Shown here: in pieces, positions 23,168-34,159 of the stretch
How the letters are laid out: every line of letters begins with the position of its first letter
Position numbering within the stretch: position 1 is the stretch's first letter
NCBI GenBank assembly: GCA_965644295.1
Contig: CBFFRP010000137.1
Coordinates: 1 to 61,986 of the forward strand
Length of the DNA: 61,986 nt
Direction of reading: 5' to 3'
From: Paraphysomonas bandaiensis
Taxonomy: Eukaryota; Protista; Chrysophyceae
Translations under genes and position numbers: made by a program
The notes under the pieces: generated by a model
Databases searched by the model: none
What the model saw: only the letters and a program-made list of their open reading frames with translations
What the model was told of the DNA's origin: nothing

Positions 23168-24778
23168 ATGCTTCATCCCTCAGAGTGGAGGTATCTGGCA
23201 GAGGGCAGGCACCATGTGGTGTTATCTTACAGCGGGTCTGATGCAGTGTATCGTCATAAGCTTCTTCGTATAGAGAAGGTGCTACCTGATATCGACAGAC
23301 GAGTCTGTGAGTCTGTTTGTGAGTCACAGTATCTGAATAACGTCATGGTCCCATGGATATCTGAGAGATATTGTCTTGATCCGACTCCTGTATGTGTGAC
23401 TAGAGAGTTCATAGTGGAGTTAGCGCATAATCTCGACAAGCAGAGAGTGTTTCGTAAGAGTGAGAGAATAGATACCACTTGCAGAGTAGCGTACATCTTA
23501 ACGAACCTCTGCGATACACCTAAACCACTCATGTCACAGTATACGTTTAAGCCATACAGTCGTTGTGTTACGGTTGAAATTAAAGTAAAAAATGGATTGA
23601 AAAGTTGCAGTCCGTTTGTAACGGAATCGAACCAAGTAAAACACTCATTGTCACGCTATGAAATGATACAATTTATGAAGTATGAGCAGTCACTGAGGGG
23701 TGGACTCCTTCCATGGGGTATGAGGTTGGATGAAGTGAGCAGTTACAATCCGATGAACTTATGCTCCCGCACACCGGAACGTGTTTTTCACTCCCTTCGA
23801 TCTCTGCAGCAGAACCCGCAGAATAACTTTAAGTTGTCTGTGGACGGCGAACATATGTATGGTCTGAATCTAACGGACCGTCAAGCCCTTCGTTATTCCT
23901 CTGTGTGTCTTCTGGAAATGGAGGAGTATTCTATTGACGACCCAGTGGATGGAATGAATGCAGTTCTTGTCGAAATACTGTGTGGAGAGAGTACCCTTGC
24001 TCGATTGCAAAGTGTACAGTCACTTGATATCCTGGACATTGAGGGCATGGCAGAAGTTTTTTGCCGTGCTGTGGAGTTAGTTTCTCGACGACCACAAATG
24101 TGTCCTACGGAAGCATGCCGTGACCCTGCTGCAACAGAAGTTCTTGACCTCGTTGCGCAATCCCTTGCTGCTCCACTGCCCGTACACATATTGAGGAAGC
24201 TATCTCGAACTAGACTAACTGATACACTTGGTGCATCACATGTACCCTATGATGCGGACGATATTTTTACAGAAGAATCAGATCCTTTAACTGATTTTCT
24301 TTTTCAATTGTATCGTTTACGTGTTGATGAGGACACCCCTCATTCGTGTAGAGTGAATTATCGAACACGTGCTATCGCTCTTGTTAAGAAGCTTACCATT
24401 TCACAGTGTGTCTCCGTGTTACGACTTTGGCTAGCTTCTCTGGCAGCGAGTGATGCCAGTGTTGTGGTGACTCTTCGAGCTGCGTCCGAATTGCCGACTG
24501 ATATTAGCTACACGAAATCGTCATCGAATTGGAATTCTAGCAACTCATGTAAAGCTCGCTTGTTACACCATCAGACAGATACCTCCGCTGGTATTGCTGT
24601 ACTATACCTTCCCAAAGAAGACAGTGTACTACATATTTCCTATAACGTTTGCATTATAGACTTAGGTCCGAAACCAGTTGACAAAATTATAGAAAAAATA
24701 TCATCCGAAGAAGCTCTGTGCCGCCACGTTGAACACGGTATCACATTATATGGTGCGAACCACGATAGTACGATTTGA
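23168..24778 (+). CDS. IPK1: Inositol-pentakisphosphate 2-kinase
   Basis: WRYLAEG..HVVLSY, LLRIEK, VEIKVK, PQNNFK, LDILDIEG, ASDAS and IIDLGPKP motifs in canonical order; ATG 23168. Confidence 0.85.
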   Translation: MLHPSEWRYLAEGRHHVVLSYSGSDAVYRHKLLRIEKVLPDIDRRVCESVCESQYLNNVMVPWISERYCLDPTPVCVTREFIVELAHNLDKQRVFRKSERIDTTCRVAYILTNLCDTPKPLMSQYTFKPYSRCVTVEIKVKNGLKSCSPFVTESNQVKHSLSRYEMIQFMKYEQSLRGGLLPWGMRLDEVSSYNPMNLCSRTPERVFHSLRSLQQNPQNNFKLSVDGEHMYGLNLTDRQALRYSSVCLLEMEEYSIDDPVDGMNAVLVEILCGESTLARLQSVQSLDILDIEGMAEVFCRAVELVSRRPQMCPTEACRDPAATEVLDLVAQSLAAPLPVHILRKLSRTRLTDTLGASHVPYDADDIFTEESDPLTDFLFQLYRLRVDEDTPHSCRVNYRTRAIALVKKLTISQCVSVLRLWLASLAASDASVVVTLRAASELPTDISYTKSSSNWNSSNSCKARLLHHQTDTSAGIAVLYLPKEDSVLHISYNVCIIDLGPKPVDKIIEKISSEEALCRHVEHGITLYGANHDSTI

Positions 24779-25885
24779 TCTGTATATGGTATAATTCCCA
24801 ATACTTGTACATATAGACTGATAGGTAGGAATTTTAAATTGTTATTAGAAATACATTCACACTAGATTAAAGCTAAATGGGTTCGTTAGACTTGACGATA
24901 AAATTTAGGTCTCTGTTGAATCTATCAAAATAAGAACCATTATTATGTATGAGGGATGACATTTTCAAAATTTTACCAGGTTTTTACCGTTTCACCAGGT
25001 TTGGTCATCATATTGACTTTTTATATAGATCATTAACTAAAACTGCTTATATGTTACACTTTTATAACAAAAAATTCTCAACACAGCGAAACTATAGTGA
25101 CCACGAATATAATCAGTTCACTCTTTGCTAAAGTAAGTCTCACTATAAAGTAAGATACCAAAAAGATGATAAGAGCCAAATTGAATGAATTATCTAGTCA
25201 CACTAATTATGATTTAAAAACCTAATCAATGCAGCATAGTTCAGGTAAAAACGAAGTTAGAGGGCACAAATATAGAGAGATACTGTAGCAAAATCAGCAT
25301 TAGGCTGATGTCCTTAGACTCCATTTGATAACGTTATGAAGGCTTACTGTGACTGAGGGGTTATCTGTTATCTGTGTCACTCATGTTAGTATCAAGGAAC
25401 GCTTCTGGTCTCGCAATTCATCCACCAACGATGAATCCATCGATATCATGGCCCTTATAGGCCAGGAAACTGGAAGAACACACAAGTTCGTGGATTACGT
25501 GAATAAAAAATTCCTCTGATAACTTTTAGGGACTTGTCATTTTAATGCGAAGATGATATAATGTATGTGGTGTATTACATGTATAAAATGTCTGTACTCA
25601 TTACGTAGAATGCCATCATGAAGAGTAGAGTATATGCTCCCATGTTTGAGTGAAAATTTTTATTTTTGAATAGGATAATAATACAATGACCACATAGCAC
25701 ATAGTCGACCTTTTCATTTATAAACTCGAAAGTGATAATCATCCACTTGACGAACCATTTAATAACTAGCTGTCGTTATGTACTTGACTTATACTGTACT
25801 TCTTTATAAATATTTACGAATACTGACGTGGTACTAATAATATTATGTCTAATCGCAGACTACATTCGTATAAATATACAAAAAT

Positions 25886-28800
25886 TCATAGTTCATCATA
25901 AACAAGCGTTCCATGACTAATTTTAATATCTATGATTTCCCGGTCTTCGCGCACGCATGTGCAGTATACAACTATGCCAACAAGTACCAGTACCACCAGC
26001 GCACCAACAATATACAATGTAGAATATGCAACAGAGTCAATGATACCACCAGATTCTTTTCTTGACTTATCTGGGGTACTTGTTGGAGAAAATGTTTGTA
26101 CAACATAAACTTCAATATCTTCATCGACATCGGGATTCGAAAATTGAACTACTGTGGACGAATTTACTGTGGATGACCCCAATGCGACACTTTCATCGAC
26201 CCAGCTCTGGGCAGTGTTGGGGTTTGAATACAAAACAACCAATTGTGACTCTAAATCATCCACCATAACATCAGCATCCGTATACTTTCCATCAAAGTCT
26301 TCCATCACGGTCGTAGTGGAATAGGCAACAATTGCCGCAGCGCTGCTCAAACGCCGCTCATTGAAGATAGACGCATATGAGCGTAGTTGCGTCACTGAAG
26401 TGTCCGTGATTGATGCAATGCTAATGTCATCCGACGACACACCATCCATACCATTAGCTGTAACGTGTATAAAGGCTTGCTTGGCAGCGTCATCAAAATC
26501 GGTGCTGCTGACCCCTTCCACCAATTCATTCGTGCGAAACGTTACAACAGTTTGCACAGGTGGTAGAGGCACCGCTTTAGTTGGTTTCGGGGTAGGTGAG
26601 CGAGGAAAATAAGTCGGCGGGAAAGTAGACACCATGGTTGGGGAATGCGAGGGATTCGTGGTTGGCTTCCATGTAGAACCAATGGAAGGAGGCTGTGTAA
26701 AGGAAATTGAAGGTTTCGGAGATGGAGCTAAAGTAAGAGCAGAAGTCGGCGTTGAAGTAGGGGAACTGGGTATAAGAGTATAAGGTAATATCGTTGGACA
26801 TGCAGTAGGCTTAACCGATGGTTTTATCGTTGGAGTCACAGTTGGTGAAAGAGACGGCACAACCGTTGGACATGCAGTAGGCTTAACCGATGGTTTTATC
26901 GTTGGAGCTATAGATGGTGAAAGAGACGGCACAACCGTTGGACATGCAGTAGGCTTAACCGATGGTTTTATCGTTGGAGTCACAGTTGGTGAAAAAGACG
27001 GCACAACCGTTGGATTTGCTGTTGTTGGAGTTGATGGTATTGCTGTGGTTGGAGCTATATATGGTGAGAGAGACGGCACAACCGTTGGACTTGCAGTAGG
27101 CTTAACCGATGGTTTCATCGTTGGAGTCACAGTTGGTGAAAGAGACGGCACAACCGTTGGACTTGCAGTAGGCTTAACCGATGGTTTAATCGATGGGGCT
27201 ATAGATGGTGAAAGAGACGACACAACCGTTGGACTTGCAGTAGGCTTAACCGATGGTTTTATCGTTGGAGCTATAGATGGTGAAAGAGACGGCACAACCG
27301 TTGGACTTGCAGTATGTTTAACGGGTGGTTTTATCGTTGGAGCTATAGATGGTGAAAGAGACGGCACAACCGTTGGACTTACAGTAGGTTTAACGGATGG
27401 TTTAATCATTGGAGCTGTAGACGGTGAAAACGACGGCACCTTCGCAGGAGGTAAAAGAGATGGCGAAACAGTTGGAAATGGATACGGATCAAATGTAATT
27501 CGACCAGACGAAGGTATATCACGATATGATGCACCATACACTTGCTCATACTGCATATATTCCTCAGAGTCTTGAGGGCCCTTGATGCCAATAGAGACTT
27601 TGTTATTACCACATGAGTACCCTATCTCATTGTGTAGGTATTGAAACTCAATCTTGCCGGAAGAATGGAGCAACAGTTCAACTGTACACTCACACGATAT
27701 TCCATATGCATTAATTTTATCAAAAACAATTGCAAATATATCCGAATCAACTGACCCATAATAAACATTCCCTGACCTACTGGGATCTAAGTCTGTCCAC
27801 ATAAATGCAATAGTATTGAACGGAGCAGTATCTGTCAGAGACAGATCTTCACCATCACAACAGAAAGAGTCAGATATCCAAGAAGGTGGAGCATCCAAAG
27901 AACATGTTTCACCAGCAAAATTATCGAAACAAGAACAAACACCAAATACGCAGTCCCCATTCCCTGAACACACCAATCCGTTATCCCCTAACTCACACCC
28001 TTGATTCGCATCTTCACAAGACGCAGCAGAGTCTATACTACTGTATTCAGTTGGAGGAACCTGTACAAGCAAATTTACGGTGGAAGAAGGAACGCCGTGT
28101 ATTTTATCAGAAACGCTAGTGCATTGCAGAGCTAGCTTTACAGACTCTGGTGAAGGAGTACTGTCATATGCAGATGTCTGAGTCAACCACAAAGCGGTCA
28201 CGCCTGCAACATGAGGGGTGGCCATCGATGTCCCAGATAATGACGAATATGAGGAACTTGAACCTGAGCAAGCTGATGATGCACAGGAACTGATGATTGC
28301 AGACCCTGGAGCTAGGATATCCACACAACTACCGTAGCATGAGTAAGAGGCAAAATCATCATCTCTCTCCGTTGCACCCACAGTTACCGCCGTCTCAGAC
28401 GCGGCAGGAGTATACAAACATGCATTATCAGCATCATTTCCAGCAGCGACAATAACAGGTATATTCCATTCGGACAGCTGATCAACAGCAATGACCATTG
28501 CATCATTAGAACAATCACCATTACAGTTACCACCAAGTGACATCGATACAACCATGCTCTTGGATTGATCCGCTATACGAATGTTAAGAATGTACTCCAA
28601 TCCAGCCACTATGGCAGCCGTGGATCCACTACCCTCGCTGTTTAGTACCTTTACGCCATAAATATTCGACTCAGGGGCAGCACCAACATTCACTCCCCCA
28701 ACGGTACCAGCACAGTGCGTTCCATGGCCATTGTCATCCGTATCTGCCGTCACTTCACCAAAGTAGTTATATATATTCGCCACCTCTCGTTCGCTACCAG

Positions 28801-31800
28801 CTACACTGCCAAACTCAACGTGCTCCGTGTCGATTCCAGTATCCACTACGTATACACTCACTCCACTTCCACCAGAGGTAGCCGCTGGAGGAGAATAAGT
28901 GGCTTCGTCTAATGGTAGATCGCTCTGGTCAATGCGATCAAGACCCCAGGAGTATGGGTCTGATGTAGTTCGATGTGGCCCACGAACCACGCCCGATGAT
29001 ACATTGGATGACCTCACATCGTCCACAGCAAATACCTTCCTGTCACGATGTACTGTTAACACATACTCGTGACCTCTCAAAAAGCGCAGCGCCTCCTCTG
29101 AAGGTGAATGAACTGTGAACATGCGCAGATTTGTATGACTCTCCGAAATATGTGCTTGAAAGAAAGCATGGTGGGTACTCGTGTGACGAGTACGAACATT
29201 ATCGACAAGAGAAGCCAGATGGTTAGAATTCAAGTGACGATGCAGCACCACGATATGTACATTAAGGCGAACATTTTCATTAGGGGCTAGGTCAGTGGTT
29301 TGTTGATTGTTTCGTTTTGGCGCGTATCGGCTTTTGTTTTTCGTGTTATGAGCGAATGCTGTTGTCTCCGTCAACGAAACCAATCCATTACTGCTGAGAT
29401 ATGCATACCTGTATTCGTTATTGAAGAAATTGAAATTGAATGGCATTTGTAAGGCTTGCACTTCCTCGTCTTCAATTGATATCGTACCCAGTGTGCTATA
29501 GTCACCATTTAAAAGAGATTCTGAGGAATATTGAATAAGAACATTATAACTCCACTGAGTTCTGATGCCAACACTTGGGGAAACACTTGGAGAACTTGAC
29601 AGTGAAGGCGATAAACTAGGAAAGGGAGACAAAGATGGGGGCAATGAAAGTATATTATCAAATATAAGCCTTTTAAATGAGGGAATATCACGATATGATG
29701 CACCATACACTTGCTCATACTGCATAAACTCTTGTACAGCTTGGGGGCCCTTGATGCCAATAGAGACTTTGTTATTACCACATGAGTACCCTATCTCATT
29801 GTGTAGGTATTGAAACTCAATCTTGCCAGAAGAGTGGAGCAACAGTTCAACTGTACACTCACACGATATTCCATATGCATTAATTTTATCAAAAACAATT
29901 GCAAATATATCCGAATCAACTGACCCATAATAAACATTCCCTGACCTACTGGGATCTAAGTCTGTCCACATAAATGCAATAGTATTGAACGGAGCAGTAT
30001 CTGTCAGAGACAGATCTTCACCATCACAACAGAAAGAGTCAGATATCCAAGAAGGTGGAGCATCCAAAGAACATGTTTCACCAGCAAAATTATCGAAACA
30101 AGAACAAACACCAAATACGCAGTCCCCATTCCCTGAACACACCAATCCGTTATCCCCCAACTCACACCCTTGATTCGCATCTTCACAAGACGCAGCAGAG
30201 TCTATACTACTGTATTCAGTTGGAGGAACCTGTACAAGCAAATTTACGGTGGAAGAAGGAACGCCGTGTATTTTATCAGAAACGCTAGTGCATTGCAGAG
30301 CTAGCTTTACAGACTCTGGTGAAGGAGTACTGTCATATGCAGATGTCTGAGTCAACCACAAAGCGGTCACGCCTGCAACATGAGGGGTGGCCATCGATGT
30401 CCCAGATAATGACGAATATGAGGAACTTGAACCTGAGCAAGCTGATGATGCACAGGAACTGATGATTGCAGACCCTGGAGCTAGGATATCCACGCAACTA
30501 CCGTAGCATGAGTAAGAGGCAAAATCATCATCTCTCTCCGTTGCACCCACAGTTACCGCCGTCTCAGACGCGGCAGGAGTATACAAACATGCATTATCAG
30601 CATCATTTCCAGCAGCGACAATAACAGGTATATTCCATTCGGACAGCTGATCAACAGCAATGACCATTGCATCATTAGAACAATCACCATTACAGTTACC
30701 ACCAAGTGACATCGATACAACCATGCTCTTGGATTGATCCGCTATACGAATGTTAAGAATGTACTCCAATCCAGCCACTATGGCAGCCGTGGATCCACTA
30801 CCCTCGCTGTTTAGTACCTTTACGCCATAAATATTCGACTCAGGGGCAGCACCAACATTCACTCCCCCAACGGTACCAGCACAGTGCGTTCCATGGCCAT
30901 TGTCATCCGTATCTGCCGTCACTTCACCAAAGTAGTTATATATATTCGCCACCTCTCGTTCGCTACCAGCTACACTGCCAAACTCAACGTGCTCCGTGTC
31001 GATTCCAGTATCCACTACGTATACACTCACTCCACTTCCACCAGAGGTAGCCGCTGGAGGAGAATAAGTGGCTTCGTCTAATGGTAGATCGCTCTGGTCA
31101 ATGCGATCAAGACCCCAGGAGTATGGGTCTGATGTAGTTCGATGTGGCCCACGAACCACGCCCAATGATACATTGGATGACCTCACATCGTCCACAGCAA
31201 ATACCTTCCTGTCACGATGTACTGTTAACACATACTCGTGACCTCTCAAAAAGCGCAGCGCCTCCTCTGAAGGTGAATGAACTGTGAACATGCGCAGATT
31301 TGTATGACTCTCCGAAATATGTGCTTGAAAGAAAGCATGGTGGGTACTCGTGTGACGAGTACGAACATTATCGACAAGAGAAGCCAGATGGTTAGAATTC
31401 AAGTGACGATGCAGCACCACGATATGTACATTAAGGCGAACATTTTCGTTAGGGGCTAAGTTATGGGCTTTTGTATTATTTTTATCTTTTGGACGATATT
31501 CTCCATAAGATTCAGGTGCAATTCTTGTTGTAGTTTGAGCGTTTGCAAAACTGACGAGACCGTTGCTGCTTAAATAAGCATACCTATATTCTTCACCAAA
31601 GAATGACATAGAAAATGGAAGGGTCAGTGCAGTGACCTCTTCATCATCCAATGTACATGTTTTGAGCGAGTTGTAGTCACCATTCAAAAGTGATGCGTCA
31701 GTATCTTCAAGTGTGAGTAGATAGCTCCACTGAGTTATTAATTCAGCCGTTGGCTCCACTGAGGGTGAAGATGAGAAACTCAAGCCCGAAGGAATAGGAG

Positions 31801-33952
31801 TGGGAAAAAGGGTAGATGGCAAAATGGTAAAAAGAGGAGTAAATGTCAATCGTCGAACATCTGGTATACCATTATATGATGGACCATACACTTGCTCATA
31901 CTGCATATATTCCTCAGAGTCTTGAGGGCCCTTGATGCCAATAGAGACTTTGTTATTAACACATGAGTACCCTATCTCATTGTGTAGGTATTGAAACTCA
32001 ATCTTGCCGGAAGAATGGAGCAACAGTTCAACTGTACACTCACACGATATTCCATATGCATTAATTTTATCAAAAACAATTGCAAATATATCCGAATCAA
32101 CTGACCCATAATAAACATTCCCTGACCTACTGGGATCTAAGTCTGTCCACATAAATGCAATAGTATTGAACGGAGCAGTATCTGTCAGAGACAGATCTTC
32201 ACCATCACAACAGAAAGAGTCAGATATCCAAGAAGGTGGAACATCCAAAGAACATGTTTCACCAGCAAAATTATCGAAACAAGAACAAACACCAAATACG
32301 CAGTCCCCATTCCCTGAACACACCAATCCGTTATCCCCCAACTCACACCCTTGATTCGCATCTTCACAAGACGCAGCAGAGTCTATACTACTGTATTCAG
32401 TTGGAGGAACCTGTACAAGCAAATTTACGGTGGAAGAAGGAACGCCGTGTATTTTATCAGAAACGCTAGTGCATTGCAGAGCTAGCTTTACAGACTCTGG
32501 TGAAGGAGTACTGTCATATGCAGATGTCTGAGTCAACCACAAAGCGGTCACGCCTGCAACATGAGGGGTGGCCATCGATGTCCCAGATAATGACGAATAT
32601 GAGGAACTTGAACCTGAGCAAGCTGATGATGCACAGGAACTGATGATTGCAGACCCTGGAGCTAGGATATCCACACAACTACCGTAGCATGAGTAAGAGG
32701 CAAAATCATCATCTCTCTCCGTTGCACCCACAGTTACCGCCGTCTCAGACGCGGCAGGAGTATACAAACATGCATTATCAGCATCATTTCCAGCAGCGAC
32801 AATAACAGGTATATTCCATTCGGACAGCTGATCAACAGCAATGACCATTGCATCATTAGAACAATCACCATTACAGTTACCACCAAGTGACATCGATACA
32901 ACCATGCTCTTGGATTGATCCGCTATACGAATGTTAAGAATGTACTCCAATCCAGCCACTATGGCAGCCGTGGATCCACTACCCTCGCTGTTTAGTACCT
33001 TTACGCCATAAATATTCGACTCAGGGGCAGCACCAACATTCACTCCCCCAACGGTACCAGCACAGTGCGTTCCATGGCCATTGTCATCCGTATCTGCCGT
33101 CACTTCACCAAAGTAGTTATATATATTCGCCACCTCTCGTTCGCTACCAGCTACACTGCCAAACTCAACGTGCTCCGTGTCGATTCCAGTATCCACTACG
33201 TATACACTCACTCCACTTCCACCAGAGGTAGCCGCTGGAGGAAAATAAGTGGCTTCGTCTAATGGTAGATCGCTCTGGTCAATGCGATCAAGACCCCAGG
33301 AGTATGGGTCTGATGTAGTTCGATGTGGCCCACGAACCACGCCCGATGATACATTGGATGACCTCACATCGTCCACAGCAAATACCTTCCTGTCACGATG
33401 TACTGTTAACACATACTCGTGACCTCTCAAAAAGCGCAGCGCCTCCTCTGAAGGTGAATGAACTGTGAACATGCGCAGATTTGTATGACTCTCCGAAATA
33501 TGTGCTTGAAAGAAAGCATGGTGGGTACTCGTGTGACGAGTACGAACATTATCGACAAGAGAAGCCAGATGGTTAGAATTCAAGTGACGATGCAGCACCA
33601 CGATATATGTTTTAATCCATTCGGAACTTTGTAAATTTAGTGTATATTTGGTATCTGTGTTGTGTGTAGCTGTATAGTCTGAGGCCGTGTCTGCATTAGA
33701 GAAAGACGCGAGACCATTGCTACTAACATACGCATATGTGAAGTCATCTTGAAAGAAATTGAATACAAACGGAAGAGATAATGCTTTGACATCATCATCA
33801 TCTAGATGGAGTCTGTTAAGGGATGAATAATCGCTGTTTAGTAGAGAATCGGCTGTGCTTTCGCTGGTTAGTGTATATGAGCTCTGGGAGACACCCCCGA
33901 CACACACACAGACCAGACCAGACAATAAACTAAACAAAAGGATCGAGTACAT
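25886..33952 (-). CDS. 2688-aa type-I membrane protein with three I9+S8 subtilase (proteinase K-like)+EGF modules, Pro/Thr stalk and TM helix
   Basis: Signal peptide. Three copies each of WGLDRIDQ, VVDTG, HGTHCAG, AAGN, GTSMATPHVAG and EGF CSGNGDC..G.C.C. 24-aa PT repeats. TM segment LYIVGALVVLVLVGIVVY. Single exon. Confidence 0.95.
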   Translation of the reverse strand: MYSILLFSLLSGLVCVCVGGVSQSSYTLTSESTADSLLNSDYSSLNRLHLDDDDVKALSLPFVFNFFQDDFTYAYVSSNGLASFSNADTASDYTATHNTDTKYTLNLQSSEWIKTYIVVLHRHLNSNHLASLVDNVRTRHTSTHHAFFQAHISESHTNLRMFTVHSPSEEALRFLRGHEYVLTVHRDRKVFAVDDVRSSNVSSGVVRGPHRTTSDPYSWGLDRIDQSDLPLDEATYFPPAATSGGSGVSVYVVDTGIDTEHVEFGSVAGSEREVANIYNYFGEVTADTDDNGHGTHCAGTVGGVNVGAAPESNIYGVKVLNSEGSGSTAAIVAGLEYILNIRIADQSKSMVVSMSLGGNCNGDCSNDAMVIAVDQLSEWNIPVIVAAGNDADNACLYTPAASETAVTVGATERDDDFASYSCYGSCVDILAPGSAIISSCASSACSGSSSSYSSLSGTSMATPHVAGVTALWLTQTSAYDSTPSPESVKLALQCTSVSDKIHGVPSSTVNLLVQVPPTEYSSIDSAASCEDANQGCELGDNGLVCSGNGDCVFGVCSCFDNFAGETCSLDVPPSWISDSFCCDGEDLSLTDTAPFNTIAFMWTDLDPSRSGNVYYGSVDSDIFAIVFDKINAYGISCECTVELLLHSSGKIEFQYLHNEIGYSCVNNKVSIGIKGPQDSEEYMQYEQVYGPSYNGIPDVRRLTFTPLFTILPSTLFPTPIPSGLSFSSSPSVEPTAELITQWSYLLTLEDTDASLLNGDYNSLKTCTLDDEEVTALTLPFSMSFFGEEYRYAYLSSNGLVSFANAQTTTRIAPESYGEYRPKDKNNTKAHNLAPNENVRLNVHIVVLHRHLNSNHLASLVDNVRTRHTSTHHAFFQAHISESHTNLRMFTVHSPSEEALRFLRGHEYVLTVHRDRKVFAVDDVRSSNVSLGVVRGPHRTTSDPYSWGLDRIDQSDLPLDEATYSPPAATSGGSGVSVYVVDTGIDTEHVEFGSVAGSEREVANIYNYFGEVTADTDDNGHGTHCAGTVGGVNVGAAPESNIYGVKVLNSEGSGSTAAIVAGLEYILNIRIADQSKSMVVSMSLGGNCNGDCSNDAMVIAVDQLSEWNIPVIVAAGNDADNACLYTPAASETAVTVGATERDDDFASYSCYGSCVDILAPGSAIISSCASSACSGSSSSYSSLSGTSMATPHVAGVTALWLTQTSAYDSTPSPESVKLALQCTSVSDKIHGVPSSTVNLLVQVPPTEYSSIDSAASCEDANQGCELGDNGLVCSGNGDCVFGVCSCFDNFAGETCSLDAPPSWISDSFCCDGEDLSLTDTAPFNTIAFMWTDLDPSRSGNVYYGSVDSDIFAIVFDKINAYGISCECTVELLLHSSGKIEFQYLHNEIGYSCGNNKVSIGIKGPQAVQEFMQYEQVYGASYRDIPSFKRLIFDNILSLPPSLSPFPSLSPSLSSSPSVSPSVGIRTQWSYNVLIQYSSESLLNGDYSTLGTISIEDEEVQALQMPFNFNFFNNEYRYAYLSSNGLVSLTETTAFAHNTKNKSRYAPKRNNQQTTDLAPNENVRLNVHIVVLHRHLNSNHLASLVDNVRTRHTSTHHAFFQAHISESHTNLRMFTVHSPSEEALRFLRGHEYVLTVHRDRKVFAVDDVRSSNVSSGVVRGPHRTTSDPYSWGLDRIDQSDLPLDEATYSPPAATSGGSGVSVYVVDTGIDTEHVEFGSVAGSEREVANIYNYFGEVTADTDDNGHGTHCAGTVGGVNVGAAPESNIYGVKVLNSEGSGSTAAIVAGLEYILNIRIADQSKSMVVSMSLGGNCNGDCSNDAMVIAVDQLSEWNIPVIVAAGNDADNACLYTPAASETAVTVGATERDDDFASYSCYGSCVDILAPGSAIISSCASSACSGSSSSYSSLSGTSMATPHVAGVTALWLTQTSAYDSTPSPESVKLALQCTSVSDKIHGVPSSTVNLLVQVPPTEYSSIDSAASCEDANQGCELGDNGLVCSGNGDCVFGVCSCFDNFAGETCSLDAPPSWISDSFCCDGEDLSLTDTAPFNTIAFMWTDLDPSRSGNVYYGSVDSDIFAIVFDKINAYGISCECTVELLLHSSGKIEFQYLHNEIGYSCGNNKVSIGIKGPQDSEEYMQYEQVYGASYRDIPSSGRITFDPYPFPTVSPSLLPPAKVPSFSPSTAPMIKPSVKPTVSPTVVPSLSPSIAPTIKPPVKHTASPTVVPSLSPSIAPTIKPSVKPTASPTVVSSLSPSIAPSIKPSVKPTASPTVVPSLSPTVTPTMKPSVKPTASPTVVPSLSPYIAPTTAIPSTPTTANPTVVPSFSPTVTPTIKPSVKPTACPTVVPSLSPSIAPTIKPSVKPTACPTVVPSLSPTVTPTIKPSVKPTACPTILPYTLIPSSPTSTPTSALTLAPSPKPSISFTQPPSIGSTWKPTTNPSHSPTMVSTFPPTYFPRSPTPKPTKAVPLPPVQTVVTFRTNELVEGVSSTDFDDAAKQAFIHVTANGMDGVSSDDISIASITDTSVTQLRSYASIFNERRLSSAAAIVAYSTTTVMEDFDGKYTDADVMVDDLESQLVVLYSNPNTAQSWVDESVALGSSTVNSSTVVQFSNPDVDEDIEVYVVQTFSPTSTPDKSRKESGGIIDSVAYSTLYIVGALVVLVLVGIVVYCTCVREDREIIDIKISHGTLVYDEL
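26790..27440 (-). repeat. 72-bp coding tandem repeat (PTASPTVVPSLSPSIAPTIKPSVK mucin-like stalk)
   Basis: GAGACGGCACAACCGTTGGA recurs every 72 bp. Confidence 0.9.
27516..33605 (-). repeat. Three near-identical ~1.75-kb coding blocks (~27516-29289, ~29684-31457, ~31883-33605)
   Basis: Identical antisense ORFs recur at offsets of 2169 and 2181 bp (27816/29985/32166). Confidence 0.95.
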
Positions 33953-34159
33953 ATCAGTAGAGTGGAAGGGGGGGTGTCTGTGTGTCTCTACAGCAGTGCA
34001 TGTCTTACAGATAGATCGATGTGACCGAGTGTATGGTAGAGTTCCTATATGTACACTACAGCAGATAGATGTGCGTGTATCGGTACAGTATACTCCTGTA
34101 TTGAGGGTATACCGGTATACAGAAACTTATGATACTCTACGTAGTCGTCGAATTCTGGC

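Noticed and set aside
21857-23273. 400+ aa MYVC/HTYI ORFs (also 50094-50501 and the N-terminus of ORF 49196-50416)
   Set aside because: These are translations of stop-free (TATG)n arrays, not genes.
25886-25900. YDEL as a KDEL-type ER retention signal
   Set aside because: It follows a transmembrane helix and would be cytosolic, out of reach of the lumenal receptor.
26790-27440. CRISPR-like regular repeats (also 14699-14782 and 61400-61455)
   Set aside because: These are contiguous tandem repeats without unique spacers, in a eukaryotic context with no cas genes.
27816-33262. Recurring plus-strand ORFs (62, 77, 65 and 60 aa)
   Set aside because: These are antisense shadows of the triplicated protease blocks.
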